64,000 bases of DNA from an uncultured Armatimonadetes bacterium (lineage in GTDB: Bacteria; Armatimonadota; Hebobacteria; Hebobacterales; Hebobacteraceae). Both the position numbers and the translations under genes were made by a program. The stretch covers positions 4,032,001-4,096,000 of the forward strand of contig OY970296.1 of assembly GCA_963716175.1 (NCBI GenBank), given 5' to 3'. Position 1 is the first letter of the stretch. Each line of letters starts with the position of its first letter. The notes beneath the pieces were generated by a model. It was not told the DNA's origin, did not search any database, and was given only the letters and a program-made list of their open reading frames with translations. This document shows positions 40,048-51,714 of this stretch, one piece after another.

Positions 40048-41915
40048 TGAGCAGGGCGGCAGGAAGATGGCTGACGAAGCCGGGCCCTCGGGCCCGGCTT
40101 CGTGCTATCTGGCAAGCCCTTTTCTGGGGAGCGGCCTTGCTGGCGGTGACGGCAGAGGCGGACGCGGCGGGGCCCTTTGTGGGAGCCAACATAGACCTGG
40201 CGCGTCTCCCCGCGAAGGACCGGGTGGCCGAGGTGACCCGGCTGGTGCAAAGCGGGGCCTCCGGGGTCCGGCTAGTGCTGGACTGGAACCGCGTGGAGCC
40301 CCGCCCTGGGCGCTTCACCTGGAAGGCTGACGATGCCGCCGTGCATGCGGCGCGCGCTCAAAAGCTGGAGGTGGTGCTGGTGCTGGAGCCCTGCGCCGCC
40401 TGGGCGGTGAACCCCGCCTGGCAAGTGCCTCCCAGCGAGCGCGCTCACTCTCTACCCAGGTCTCTGGCCCTCTGGCAGCGCTACGTCAAGGAAGCGGCGA
40501 AGCATTTCCGGGGCCGGGTGCGCTACTGGCAGGTGCGGGAGCAGCCGAATGTCCGCAACTTCCGCGGCGCCCGCTCGGAGTTCCTCAAGCTGGTGGTCTC
40601 GGCCTCGCGGGTGCTGCGCGCCGCCGATCCCAAAGCGGTGTTGGTGGTGCCGGAGGCTGGCGTGTTCGATATCGGCGAGGTGGACTGGACCTGCAGCTCC
40701 AAGTTCGGCTCCTCCTGCGACGTCTTCGGCCTCTATCTGCCGGGCGGGGCCGGGGACCAATCCCAGACTGCTCTGGCCTGGGCCGTGCTCGCCCAGGAGA
40801 TCCCCTACCTCTGGGCTGGTGACAGCCGGTCCTGGGTGCTGGGCGCGGACGGGACCATGGCGGCCAATCTCTGGATCGAGCACTACCTGCTGGCCTGGGC
40901 GGCCCGGGCCGGCCGCTTCTACCTTCCGGCCGAGGTCATCAACCGCTCCTGGCTGGCTCCCCTGGGCAACCTTCGCTATTGCGGCTTCCTGCGGCTCGGG
41001 CCCGACGTATGGGCCCTGGTCTTCGAGGACAAGACCGGGCCCGTGGTGGCGGCCTGGGCGAGGAGCCAGATGGAGTTGCCGGCCCCCGATCTCGGCCCCC
41101 TCCTCGACCCCAAGCTGGTAGCGCAGTCGGGCCAGCTCGGGGGCGCGCCTGGCTCCGCGGTCACGGGCGAGGGGGAGGCGTTGCGGCTCCTGATCGGGAC
41201 CTACCCGATCCTGGTCCGGGGGCTGGACGTGACCAAGCTCATGCACCCGGGCTCGCCCACGCGGGCGGATGTGCTGGCGGCCCGGCCCGGCCCCGACCCC
41301 AGCAGCAGCCAAGTGGTGTGTGTTGACTACGGCGACGAGGGATGCCCGGAGTCTGGCCTGTACAACAGATCGCTGCGCGGGCGCATCGGTGGGCGCGTCG
41401 AGGAGGAAATGCACAACGGCCGGCGCTGCCTGCGCACCAGCATCGGGGCCTCAGACTCCCAGCCCGGTGACGCCGTATCGGACAATCCTTGGATCTACTT
41501 CGACGTGGACGACCGCTGGCTCTACTTCGCCCGGGGCAAGACCTCGGTGGCGATCACGGTGGAGTGCGAGGGCTCCTACCTGGGAGAGCAGAAGCTCGGT
41601 TTCAATATCCTGTATGACTCCACCACAGGTTACCGTTTCAGTCCCTGGCAGTGGGTGGAGGCGGGGCCCGGCTGGCACAGCTATCGGTTACGGCTGGATG
41701 ACGTGAGCTTCGCCAATCGCAGCGGCTACGATTTCCGCATCAACGTCAAGGGCAGCAAGCAGGATCTGTGGGTAGCCGCCGTCAGGGTGGAGAAGCTCGC
41801 CCGCCATAGCCTTGGCGAAGGCGGGCTGCCTTCGTCCCCCGAGGCCGGGGGCGGGGCCTCCGTACCTTCGCAGCCTTCCTCAGGCGCGCCCGCCAAAGCG
41901 CCAGCGGGCGGATAG
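40047..41915 (+). CDS. Secreted GH39/clan GH-A-like TIM barrel protein
   Basis: W.RVEP.PG.F.W and W..YV....HF.GRV.YWQV motifs; start codon uncertain. Confidence 0.65.
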   Translation: MSRAAGRWLTKPGPRARLRAIWQALFWGAALLAVTAEADAAGPFVGANIDLARLPAKDRVAEVTRLVQSGASGVRLVLDWNRVEPRPGRFTWKADDAAVHAARAQKLEVVLVLEPCAAWAVNPAWQVPPSERAHSLPRSLALWQRYVKEAAKHFRGRVRYWQVREQPNVRNFRGARSEFLKLVVSASRVLRAADPKAVLVVPEAGVFDIGEVDWTCSSKFGSSCDVFGLYLPGGAGDQSQTALAWAVLAQEIPYLWAGDSRSWVLGADGTMAANLWIEHYLLAWAARAGRFYLPAEVINRSWLAPLGNLRYCGFLRLGPDVWALVFEDKTGPVVAAWARSQMELPAPDLGPLLDPKLVAQSGQLGGAPGSAVTGEGEALRLLIGTYPILVRGLDVTKLMHPGSPTRADVLAARPGPDPSSSQVVCVDYGDEGCPESGLYNRSLRGRIGGRVEEEMHNGRRCLRTSIGASDSQPGDAVSDNPWIYFDVDDRWLYFARGKTSVAITVECEGSYLGEQKLGFNILYDSTTGYRFSPWQWVEAGPGWHSYRLRLDDVSFANRSGYDFRINVKGSKQDLWVAAVRVEKLARHSLGEGGLPSSPEAGGGASVPSQPSSGAPAKAPAGG

Positions 41916-41918
41916 CGG

Positions 41919-42533
41919 TCACTTCGGCTGGGCTGCAGACGGCCTCACCAACTCCCCGATGCCTCCCTCCGGTTCGCCTGCGACTCTGACTGTGATGTCC
42001 GGTTCCAGTGCGCCTCCGGCCACCTGCAGCCTGCCCTTGTTGCGGTACTCACCCCACACCACCTGCCTCTCGCCTTCGTAGCCATCTATGAACAGGTCCC
42101 GGTCGGGTCGCTCTGCCATCAAGACCTTCATCACCTCGATGGTATCCTTGCGGAGGGTGCCGGGATCGGTCCCCAGAGAGGGCGCGAAATCCACCCGCAG
42201 TCGGTCCCCGGCCAGATAATGTACTGACAGCACCTCTCCCAACTCGAACACGGGCATGGTCTGGAGCCGCGCCCGCAGCCGCTGTTCCGCTTCCCGGCCG
42301 GGCGCCACGTTGAGCATGGCTCGCGCGCCATATCCCAGCAAGGCCACCCCTGCCAGGATGGCAAACAGCAGCGCCCACCTCCAGCCGGCCATCCGAGGCG
42401 CCTCGCTCGCTTCCTGGGTGGCCGAGGAAGGGACTTGGTTCATCAACAGGTCGCCAAAGCCCGCGGCCTCAGGCCGCTGATCCTGGCTCTTCTCTTCCGG
42501 TGCATCCGGGGCCATTTGCGTCTCCCAACCCAC
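41919..42533 (-). CDS. Hypothetical membrane-anchored protein
   Basis: ORF with one TM segment. Confidence 0.6.
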   Translation of the reverse strand: MGWETQMAPDAPEEKSQDQRPEAAGFGDLLMNQVPSSATQEASEAPRMAGWRWALLFAILAGVALLGYGARAMLNVAPGREAEQRLRARLQTMPVFELGEVLSVHYLAGDRLRVDFAPSLGTDPGTLRKDTIEVMKVLMAERPDRDLFIDGYEGERQVVWGEYRNKGRLQVAGGALEPDITVRVAGEPEGGIGELVRPSAAQPK

Positions 42534-42583
42534 GATATACCTAGTTCCGGCTTCGACGCGGCTGCCCTATCCCCTGCGTCTGC

Positions 42584-43973
42584 TCAGCCCGGCCGCGGCA
42601 GGCTGCGGGCAATCCTGTCCATCTGGAAGCCCAGCCCGGGCCCCTGAAGAGTAGACGTGTCGAGGAGGCCGTGGCGGCGGCGGAAGATGCCGGGATGCAC
42701 GGCCGCCTCGGGCTCGGAGAAGGCCGGGTAGAACTGATGCGAGTTCGCCTCCACCCCCATCATCGGGTGTAAGCGCGCTGCCATGCCGGCCGATTGCAGC
42801 AAGGCGAGCGCTGGATTCGTCAGGTCCTGGATGGAATAGGGCACGCCCATCTGCTCCGCCTTGGCTGCGATCACCAGCTCCGGGGACTGGCACTTGCAGG
42901 CCTTCAGCGAAACCCCGGACCAGCCCAGCTCCAGGGCCAGCGCGGAAATCCTCCAGGCCTGTCAAGCTCTCATCCACCAGCACCGGCTTGAGGCGCGCGA
43001 TGGGCCGCATGTCGAGTCTGCGCGCCCCCAGGTCGCGCTCGGTGGGCTGCTCCACGTAGAGGATCTCGGCGAAGGCCTGCGGGTCCCGCTCCCGCACCCG
43101 CTCCAGGAACTCGACCATGTACTCCACGGTCTCGCACATCTCGTTGGTATCGGCGCTGAAGTAGAGATCGTGCCGCCCGATGCGCTGCCGCACCTCCACC
43201 GCGATCTGCGCCACCTCCAGCATGCGCGCGATGTCCCACTCCAGATCAATCCCCCTCAGCTTCACCTTCAGGCAGAACAGGTCATCCCACTCGATCCACT
43301 CGTCCATCGAATTGGGCAGCCCGTCCTTGGGGTCGGAGTCGTCCACCTCGCTCCGCCGCAGCTTGTCCAGACCGCCGACGAGGTGGAACACCGGCACCTG
43401 GGGCCGAAAGGCCTTCTCGATGTAGTCGGCCGGGTACTTCCCTTTGAACTCGGGGCCCAGGTAGCGGCTGAGGTCGTGCTCCATGCACTCGCGGCCATAG
43501 CCCTCGTAGCTGGAGATCCCATTGGCGATGCCGAAAGCGTCGTGCACGGCCGCGTCCACTGGGGAGGCCGACACCAAGGCCCCGAGGAATGGCAGCGGCA
43601 CTGCGAACTTCAGCTCGGCGCTGATCGCGCCCGCCATCTCCCGCAGGCCATCCTCGACCTCGAAATAGAGGTCAATGGGATGGCCGAACTGCCCGAGCCC
43701 CCGTACCAGCTTGCAGTAGCGCCGGGTGACCTCCCGCATCCCCTCCAGGCGCAGGTCGTGCGGCACCCGCTCATCGGGCATCGCCCACACATCGCTCAGA
43801 AACATCCCGCCCCAGCCCGCGCCGCGCTGCCCGCGCCGGTTCTCCACCTCCACCCGCACCGTGGCGTAGTCCAGCCGGTCCATCACCACGCCGCCGAACT
43901 TCAGCGGCGTGCGCGCCATAGCCGGTATGAAATACGCCGTTGCCTCAACTACCCGGATATCGCTGTCCATCAT
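42584..43973 (-). CDS. Mandelate racemase/enolase-superfamily protein, frameshift near 42940
   Basis: LKVKL, D.NE, EQP and DES metal ligands; QDL.N in the second frame. Confidence 0.82.
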
Positions 43974-43991
43974 CTCCTCCTCGTCGTACTC

Positions 43992-44111
43992 GTAGGGCAG
44001 GTCCCCCTAGGCCCGCTGCCGCGGTGGCTAGGCCCGAAGGGCCGCCATCCCGGCTTCGCCTAGGGACCGGGGTGGCGGCCGGCTCTGCCGGCCTAGCCAC
44101 GCGACCTGCCC
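43992..44111 (+). repeat. REP with doubly nested module M
   Basis: GTAG-GGCAGGTC-[M 44004-44099 containing an inverted M at 44025-44066]-CGC-GACCTGCCC. Confidence 0.8.
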
Positions 44112-44117
44112 AGAACC

Positions 44118-44226
44118 TCACCGCTCAATCGCCGCCTTCTGCTCGTTGATCGCCCTTATCACCGCCGGGTCGGACTTCGCTCGCCGATCATAGGCATGCA
44201 GGCCATTGACCTCTTGCTCTATGTCG
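44118..44226 (-). pseudogene. Duplicated 3' end of the GH2 gene
   Basis: 44121-44226 aligns to 44314-44419 with 10 mismatches in 106 nt and has its own TGA stop. Confidence 0.85.
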
Positions 44227-44232
44227 CACATC

Positions 44233-44307
44233 GTAGGGCAGGTCCGCGACCTGCCCAGGCGGGCATGCCCTGCGGCTTCGCTCAGGGTGAACTCCGACAT
44301 GCCCGAC

Positions 44308-44311
<4 letters not shown>
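44233..44311. repeat. REPIN between the two GH2 3'-end copies
   Basis: GTAG-GGCAGGTC-CGC-GACCTGCCC ... GGCGGGCATG...CATGCCCGAC-CTAC. Confidence 0.82.
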
Positions 44312-46039
<1,728 letters not shown>

Positions 46040-46140
46040 CCTTGATGCCTCCTGCTCAGATCACGGTGGATTACGTCCCCGGCGTCTTTCGTTGCGGGAG
46101 CCCCTAGGTCCTGCGGACCGGGGTGGCGGCGCAGAGCGCT

Positions 46141-46271
46141 TAGAAGCTGTTTCATAACCTTCCCAGGGAAGGTTATGAAACAGCACCGCATAACGTCAGG
46201 CAGTAGCAAGCGCATTTCATGCGAGGGCGTAGTGCGGCCAGCCAGCAGGTAGGTTATGAAATGCGCTCTAG
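46141..46271 (-). mobile_element. About 130-bp MITE-like element, copy 2, inserted in module M
   Basis: Inverted copy of 2709-2839; internal palindrome GCTGTTTCATAACCTTCCC-A-GGGAAGGTTATGAAACAGC. Confidence 0.8.
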
Positions 46272-46387
46272 CCACTTGCCTCCTGCCCCCTGCGGTGCGA
46301 GACTGCGGAGGCGGCCCGCGCCGAACACTCTGGACGCCTCCTCCGTCTCTTGTTGCGGCTATCAGCACAGCCGGCAGCAGAATCCGG

Positions 46388-46417
46388 CGAAACTTTCCGC
46401 CCCTGGAATGCGTCTAA
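46388..46417 (+). promoter_or_regulatory. ECF-sigma-type promoter
   Basis: CGAAAC-N17-CGTCTAA about 30 nt upstream of ATG 46450. Confidence 0.55.
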
Positions 46418-46449
46418 CGGAGTGCGGGCGGATATGGGAAGAGCAAGCG

Positions 46450-46719
46450 ATGGCAACTACCGAGCTGCGTTCAACTGAGCACACCCAGCAAGCGGAGCTG
46501 ACACTCGCGCCCACCGCCGGCGACCGGCCCGTATACCTGGACAGCCGCCGGGAGGCGGCGCGCCGACTGGCCCAGCAGATAGATGCCAGGGCGCGTGAGT
46601 ACCTCTCCCTGGCCGAGCAGCTGACCACAACCCTGAGCGCAGCCCGCACCAAGCGCCAGGACGCGTGGAGACAGCAGCACAGGGCAAGGAGAAGGGACCG
46701 GCCCGGCGCAGGCACCTGA
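46450..46719 (+). CDS. Small helical hypothetical protein
   Basis: 89-aa ORF after the ECF-like promoter; coiled-coil-like composition. Confidence 0.55.
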   Translation: MATTELRSTEHTQQAELTLAPTAGDRPVYLDSRREAARRLAQQIDARAREYLSLAEQLTTTLSAARTKRQDAWRQQHRARRRDRPGAGT

Positions 46720-46861
46720 CATACGCCACTACCTCCCAATTCGATCAGGGTTGGCACCCCAGAGCGGCCCGTCCTCCTCGGGCCGCTCTGGAACATCTTG
46801 CAGGCTTGCCTCCTGCTCGCCTCGCGTTGACCTGCCACTTCCTTCGTGCTAGATTACGCCG

Positions 46862-48187
46862 ATGGCGAGCTTTGCAGCACGCGGACCGAAGGGTTCCCGT
46901 CTCAAGTGGGTGTTGCTGGGGCTGCTGGTCTTTGTCACGGGCCAGCCCAAGCGGTGCGAGGGGGTGCTGCCACAGCTTCGCGTGGGTCTGCTCCAGCACC
47001 AGTCCGAGATCACTTTCTCCGGCCCCGCAGGCGTCACTGTTCAGACCTGGGGCAGGGACAAGGTGCTGGCCTGGGCGCCGCCCCACGGGCTCTGGAAGGT
47101 GCGTGAGGGCGATGGCGGCCTGGCGCTGGTGGACCCGGCGGGCGGGCAGACCGCGGTGCAGCAAAAAGGCCTGAGACTGCTGCCGCCCGAGGGCGGCGTC
47201 GTGACCATTCATGGGGTACAGGGCCACTGGGATGGGCGCACGAATCGCGACTATCGCGGCGCCATTGAGGTCAGGAGCCTGGCGGGCGGGCTGAGCGCCA
47301 TCAACCTGGTGGACCTCGAGACCTACCTGCGGGGGGTCGTGCCCTCCGAGATGCCGGCAACTTATCCCTTTGCCGCCCTCCAAGCGCAGGCCGTAGCCGC
47401 CCGCGGCCAGGCGCTGACCAAGGCCGGCCGACACCGGGCCGAGGGCTTCGATCTCTGCTCACAGCAGCACTGCCAGGTGTACGGAGGCGCAACCAGCGAG
47501 GACCCGAGGAGCGACCAGGCGGTAGCAGGCACCTGGGGAGAAGTGCTGGTGTACGAGGGCCGGCTGGCGGACACTCTGTACGCCTCCACCTGTGGAGGCC
47601 ATACTGCGAGCAACGAAGACTACTGGACCGACGCCGCACCCGTTCCCTATCTGCAAGGGGTGCCGGATTTCGAGCCGGAGGACAAGGTGGCCGCCGCTTT
47701 CCCGCTCACCGAGGCGGCGGCGAGAGACTATCTGAAATACGCGCCCCGGGTGCATTGCAACCAGCCGGCCTATGCCAAGAGCGACAAGATCCGTTGGTGG
47801 TCGGTGGTCGGCCGGGAGGAGTTGGAGAAGACGCTGCGAGAGGCGATTGGCGATTTCGGGGCCCTGCTGGAGGTGCGCGTCGCCGACCGGGCGGCCTCAG
47901 GCCTGGTGCGGAGAGTGGATATCATCGGCAGTCGCAGGCTGGTCAAAGTGCAGGGCGGGCCCGCCATCCGGAGGGCCCTCGGCGGTCTCAACTCGGCCTC
48001 CTTCGCCATTCAGGCCTATCAGGACAAGGAGGGTCTCCCGGTTGCCTTCGCCATCTGGGGGGCGGGCTGGGGGCACCAGGTCGGTATGTGCCAGGTGGGG
48101 GCGGCCGGGCTGGCTGACCGCGGGTGGGGATATCAGCGCATTCTGTCGAAGTACTATACGGGTTGCAGCGTCGAGCGGCGGTACTGA
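46862..48187 (+). CDS. SpoIID/LytB domain protein
   Basis: E.YL.GVVPSEM, QAVAAR, CQVY, STCGG.T and G.GH.VGMCQ.GA motifs. Confidence 0.93.
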   Translation: MASFAARGPKGSRLKWVLLGLLVFVTGQPKRCEGVLPQLRVGLLQHQSEITFSGPAGVTVQTWGRDKVLAWAPPHGLWKVREGDGGLALVDPAGGQTAVQQKGLRLLPPEGGVVTIHGVQGHWDGRTNRDYRGAIEVRSLAGGLSAINLVDLETYLRGVVPSEMPATYPFAALQAQAVAARGQALTKAGRHRAEGFDLCSQQHCQVYGGATSEDPRSDQAVAGTWGEVLVYEGRLADTLYASTCGGHTASNEDYWTDAAPVPYLQGVPDFEPEDKVAAAFPLTEAAARDYLKYAPRVHCNQPAYAKSDKIRWWSVVGREELEKTLREAIGDFGALLEVRVADRAASGLVRRVDIIGSRRLVKVQGGPAIRRALGGLNSASFAIQAYQDKEGLPVAFAIWGAGWGHQVGMCQVGAAGLADRGWGYQRILSKYYTGCSVERRY

Positions 48188-48209
48188 GCCTCTGCGTCCT
48201 CAGCGACCT

Positions 48210-48235
48210 GTTGGGCAGGAGCCGAAGCTCCTGCC
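48210..48235 (+). repeat. GTTG-GGCAGGAG palindrome, basic form of the 61537/62966 repeat
   Basis: GTTG-GGCAGGAGC-CGAA-GCTCCTGCC. Confidence 0.6.
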
Positions 48236-48255
48236 AGAGACTCCAGGAGACAAGA

Positions 48256-49236
48256 GTGAGGATCAGCGATCTGACTCCGAATAAGCGGGTGGAAGGCCGC
48301 TATCTCGTGCTGCGGAAGGAGCTCCGCCAGGGGGGCCGTGCCGGCTTCTTCCTCGACCTCACGCTCTGTGACGCGACGGGCCGGGTGCCGGCGAAGGTCT
48401 GGGAGAGCGCGGCCGCCGTTGCCGAACGGTTCCAACAGGGCGATGTGGTGGAGATCAGCGGCGTGGCCGAGACCTACCGGGATGAGCTCCAGCTCCGCCT
48501 GGAGGAGATCCGCCCGCTGCCACCCGAGGAGGCCGATTCCAGCGATTTCTTGCCGAGGAGCGAGAAGGATCTGGACGACCTGGAGCGGCGACTCGCCGAG
48601 CTAGTCAGGTCAGTTCGGAACCCGCACCTGCGAGAGCTGCTGCTCGCGCTTTTCCGAGATCAAGAATTCCGCGGGAGATTCCTCACTGCGCCAGCGGCGA
48701 AGGCGCTCCACCACAGCTACATCGGCGGACTGCTCGAACACACGGTGGAGGTGGCGGAGCTGTGCGAGAAGGTGGCCGAACTCTTCCCCGAGCTGGATCG
48801 CGACCTGCTGCTGACCGGCGCTATTCTGCACGACGCGGGGAAGATCGAGGAGCTGAGCTGGAAGACGGCCTTCGACTACACCGACCCCGGCCAACTGCTG
48901 GGCCACCTGGTGCTGGGAGAGCGCCGCATGAGGCAGGAGGCGGAGAAGATCGAGGGCTTCCCGGAGGAGCTGAAGCTGCTGCTCAGCCACATGATCCTGA
49001 GCCATCATGGGGTCCCGGAATACGGCTCGCCCAAGTCGCCTATGACCGCGGAGGCGATCGCTCTCCATCACGCCGAGGACCTGGACGCCAAGGTGAACCT
49101 CTTCCTGGGCCAGATCGGCGCGGCCCGCGAGCAGGGCCGCCGCTGGACTGAGCGGCATTTCCTGCTGGGGCGGCCATTCTACGCGGGGCCGCCGGACGCG
49201 GTCGAGCCGGAAGCGAGCGCGACTGATGCGGATTAG
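48256..49236 (+). CDS. yhaM: YhaM/Cbf1-like OB-fold plus HD 3'-5' exoribonuclease
   Basis: N-terminal OB fold; PAA..HH...GGLLEH, LHD.GK..E, GH and H.ILSHHG motifs. Confidence 0.88.
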   Translation: MRISDLTPNKRVEGRYLVLRKELRQGGRAGFFLDLTLCDATGRVPAKVWESAAAVAERFQQGDVVEISGVAETYRDELQLRLEEIRPLPPEEADSSDFLPRSEKDLDDLERRLAELVRSVRNPHLRELLLALFRDQEFRGRFLTAPAAKALHHSYIGGLLEHTVEVAELCEKVAELFPELDRDLLLTGAILHDAGKIEELSWKTAFDYTDPGQLLGHLVLGERRMRQEAEKIEGFPEELKLLLSHMILSHHGVPEYGSPKSPMTAEAIALHHAEDLDAKVNLFLGQIGAAREQGRRWTERHFLLGRPFYAGPPDAVEPEASATDAD

Positions 49237-50371
49237 CTACTCTCGATGCTCCACCTACCAGCGCTGCCCGCAGCAGTACCGGCTCCAGTACGTGGATCGC
49301 ATCCCACCTCCGCGGGCGATCGAGCTGGAGTTCGGCGCGGCCGTGCATCAGGCCTTGAAGTTCATGCACGATCCCGCGCAGATCAAGGCCCCCTCGCTCG
49401 AGGACGTGGTTGACGCCTTCGCCAGGGCCTGGAAAGAGGAGGCCCCCCCGGGGTCAGAGGAGGAAAGGCAGACCTATTTCGAGCAGGGGGTGCTGCTGCT
49501 GCAGCGCTACTACGGCAAGCACTCTCACGCCGAGAAAGACCGCTATACTGCCACTACCGAGCAGTTCTTCACCATCCCGTTCGACCGCGAGCACGCCCTG
49601 ACCGGCCGCATAGATCGCGTGGATGTGCTGCCGGACAACAGGCTGGAGGTGATAGACTACAAGACCAGTAGGCGGATGCCGCCGCAGAGTGTGCTGGCGA
49701 AAGATGCCCAGTTGGCGATCTACCGCATGGCCGCCGATGTGCTCTATCCCGGTCGAGAGGTGACCACCGCGCTGCTGTACGTCTTCCACGACTACGAGAT
49801 GCGGATGACCCAGAGCGAAGAGTTCCTGGCCGAGAAGCAGGAGGAGATCAGGGAGGTGATCGCGGGCATCCAGGCGGAGAGCTTCGACCCCCGGCCGGGG
49901 CCGCAGTGCGACTGGTGCGGCTATCAGGAATACTGCCAGCTCTACCGCGCGCCCCTCGTGCCGCCGGACCTGGCGGACCTTGACATCGGCGGCATCCTCG
50001 CCGCATGCGCAGAGTTGGATGCCCAGGGGAAGGAGACCGAGCAGCGGCTGGAGGCGCTGAAGCAGCAGATTCATGACTATCTGGATCGCTGCCAGGCGGA
50101 GCGAGTAGTGGCAGGAGGCTATGTCGCGGAGCGGCGGAAATGGCGGCGCGCGGCGGCGTGGGACGAGGCGAGGCTGCGGGAGGTCCTGGAGCCCCTGGGG
50201 CTGTGGGACAAAGCCACCCGGGTGAGCAGCTCTGCGGTGCGCGATCTGCTCCAATCTCAGCAGCTCTCGCAGGCGCAGAAGCGGGAGGTGGAGGCGGCCG
50301 CCAGCTATCGCGAGACCCAGCAGCTCAGGGTGAGGCCCGCGGCCGCGCCAGACGAGGAGAGCGAGCAATGA
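49226..50371 (+). CDS. PD-(D/E)XK RecB/Cas4-like nuclease with FeS cysteines and C-terminal helical extension
   Basis: SYS...Y.RCP, GRIDRVD, IDYKT, QL.IY and CDWC.Y...C motifs. Confidence 0.85.
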   Translation: MRISYSRCSTYQRCPQQYRLQYVDRIPPPRAIELEFGAAVHQALKFMHDPAQIKAPSLEDVVDAFARAWKEEAPPGSEEERQTYFEQGVLLLQRYYGKHSHAEKDRYTATTEQFFTIPFDREHALTGRIDRVDVLPDNRLEVIDYKTSRRMPPQSVLAKDAQLAIYRMAADVLYPGREVTTALLYVFHDYEMRMTQSEEFLAEKQEEIREVIAGIQAESFDPRPGPQCDWCGYQEYCQLYRAPLVPPDLADLDIGGILAACAELDAQGKETEQRLEALKQQIHDYLDRCQAERVVAGGYVAERRKWRRAAAWDEARLREVLEPLGLWDKATRVSSSAVRDLLQSQQLSQAQKREVEAAASYRETQQLRVRPAAAPDEESEQ

Positions 50372-51474
50372 GCAGTGTGGAACTGACCCGGCCCTGTGTG
50401 AGCGAGCTGATCCCGTACACGCCGGGGAAACCAATCCAAGAGGTGCAGCGGGAGTACGGGCTGACCGACATCGTGAAGCTGGCCTCGAACGAGAACCCGC
50501 TGGGCCCCTCGCAGAAGGCAGTGGAGGCGATCTGCAAGGCGGCCCAGGAGGTCCGGCTCTACCCGGACAACGATTGCTATCACCTCAGGAGAGCGGTCTC
50601 CAGGCACCTGGAGGTCGAGACCAACCAGGTCCTGCTGGGCCACGGCAGCGATGAGCTGATCCACAACACCGGCCTGGCCTTCATGTGCCCCGGGGATGAG
50701 GTGATGATGTGCTCCGGCCCGTTCAGCCAGTACGAGTTCAGCGCCAAGCTGATGGAGGCGACGCCGGTCTACGTCCCCCAGAGGGACTGGCGCTACGATC
50801 TGGCGGCGATGGCCCATCGGCTGACCGCGCGCACCAAGGTGGTGTTCATCGCCAATCCCAACAACCCGACCGGGACCATCGTCACCAGGGATGAGCTGGC
50901 GCGGTTCATGTCCGCGGTGCCCGATTGCACCATCGTGGTGATGGACGAGGCCTACTCCGAGTACGTGGACGATCCCGCATACCCTGACAGCCTGTCCCTG
51001 GTGCGGGAGGGCCGCCGCGTGATCGTGCTGCGCACGTTCTCGAAGATCTACGCGCTCGCCGGCCTGCGCGTCGGATACGGCGCCACTACGCCTGAGCTGG
51101 CCCAGGCCATGGAGCGAGTGCGCGAGCCCTTCACCGTCACCAGTGTGGGCCAGGCCGCGGCCCTGGCCAGCCTGGGGGACAGAGAGCAGATCGAGCGCAG
51201 CGTCACCCTCAACCGGCAGTCCAAAACTTACCTCTACCAGGAGCTGAAGCGGCTGGGACTGAGCTCCACTCCCAGCCAGGCGAATTTCGTCTGGGTGGAC
51301 CTGGGGAGGGACTGCCGAGAGGTATTCCTCGGCCTTTTGCGCCGGGGGGTGATCGTGCGCACGGGAGACATCTTCGGCGCCCCCACTCACATCCGGGTGA
51401 CCACTGGGACGCTGGAGCAGAGCCGGAAGTTCGTGGAGGCGCTGGAGCAGGTGGTCGCCGAGGTGAACCCTTGA
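50368..51474 (+). CDS. hisC: Histidinol-phosphate aminotransferase
   Basis: KLASNENP, NPNNPTGT, DEAY.EY and RTFSK.Y.LAGLRVGY motifs. Confidence 0.94.
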   Translation: MSSVELTRPCVSELIPYTPGKPIQEVQREYGLTDIVKLASNENPLGPSQKAVEAICKAAQEVRLYPDNDCYHLRRAVSRHLEVETNQVLLGHGSDELIHNTGLAFMCPGDEVMMCSGPFSQYEFSAKLMEATPVYVPQRDWRYDLAAMAHRLTARTKVVFIANPNNPTGTIVTRDELARFMSAVPDCTIVVMDEAYSEYVDDPAYPDSLSLVREGRRVIVLRTFSKIYALAGLRVGYGATTPELAQAMERVREPFTVTSVGQAAALASLGDREQIERSVTLNRQSKTYLYQELKRLGLSSTPSQANFVWVDLGRDCREVFLGLLRRGVIVRTGDIFGAPTHIRVTTGTLEQSRKFVEALEQVVAEVNP

Positions 51475-51603
51475 CCCCCGGGGCCGCCCTGCCGGGGCCG
51501 GCCCGCAGGGGGAAAGCGCCACTGGTGGAACTGGTGCACATCCTCCAGTGCCAGGCGGCAAACCTCGGGCTGGTTTGGTGGAACATAGAGCGCAGAGCGC
51601 CTA

Positions 51604-51632
51604 TGGACAAGGCGGCCCTTGGGTAACATAAT
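51604..51632 (+). promoter_or_regulatory. Sigma70-like promoter
   Basis: TGGACA-N17-CATAAT. Confidence 0.5.
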
Positions 51633-51714
51633 GGACGGCGAGGCCGTGACGCTGAGATCGAGCCGAGCCGGTCTGTCGGCCTCTCGACTCTAGCCAGAAG
51701 GAGCGTGCTAGCTG

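Noticed and set aside
49226-50371. cas4 of a CRISPR-Cas locus
   Set aside because: No cas1, cas2 or array in the window; generic PD-(D/E)XK family features
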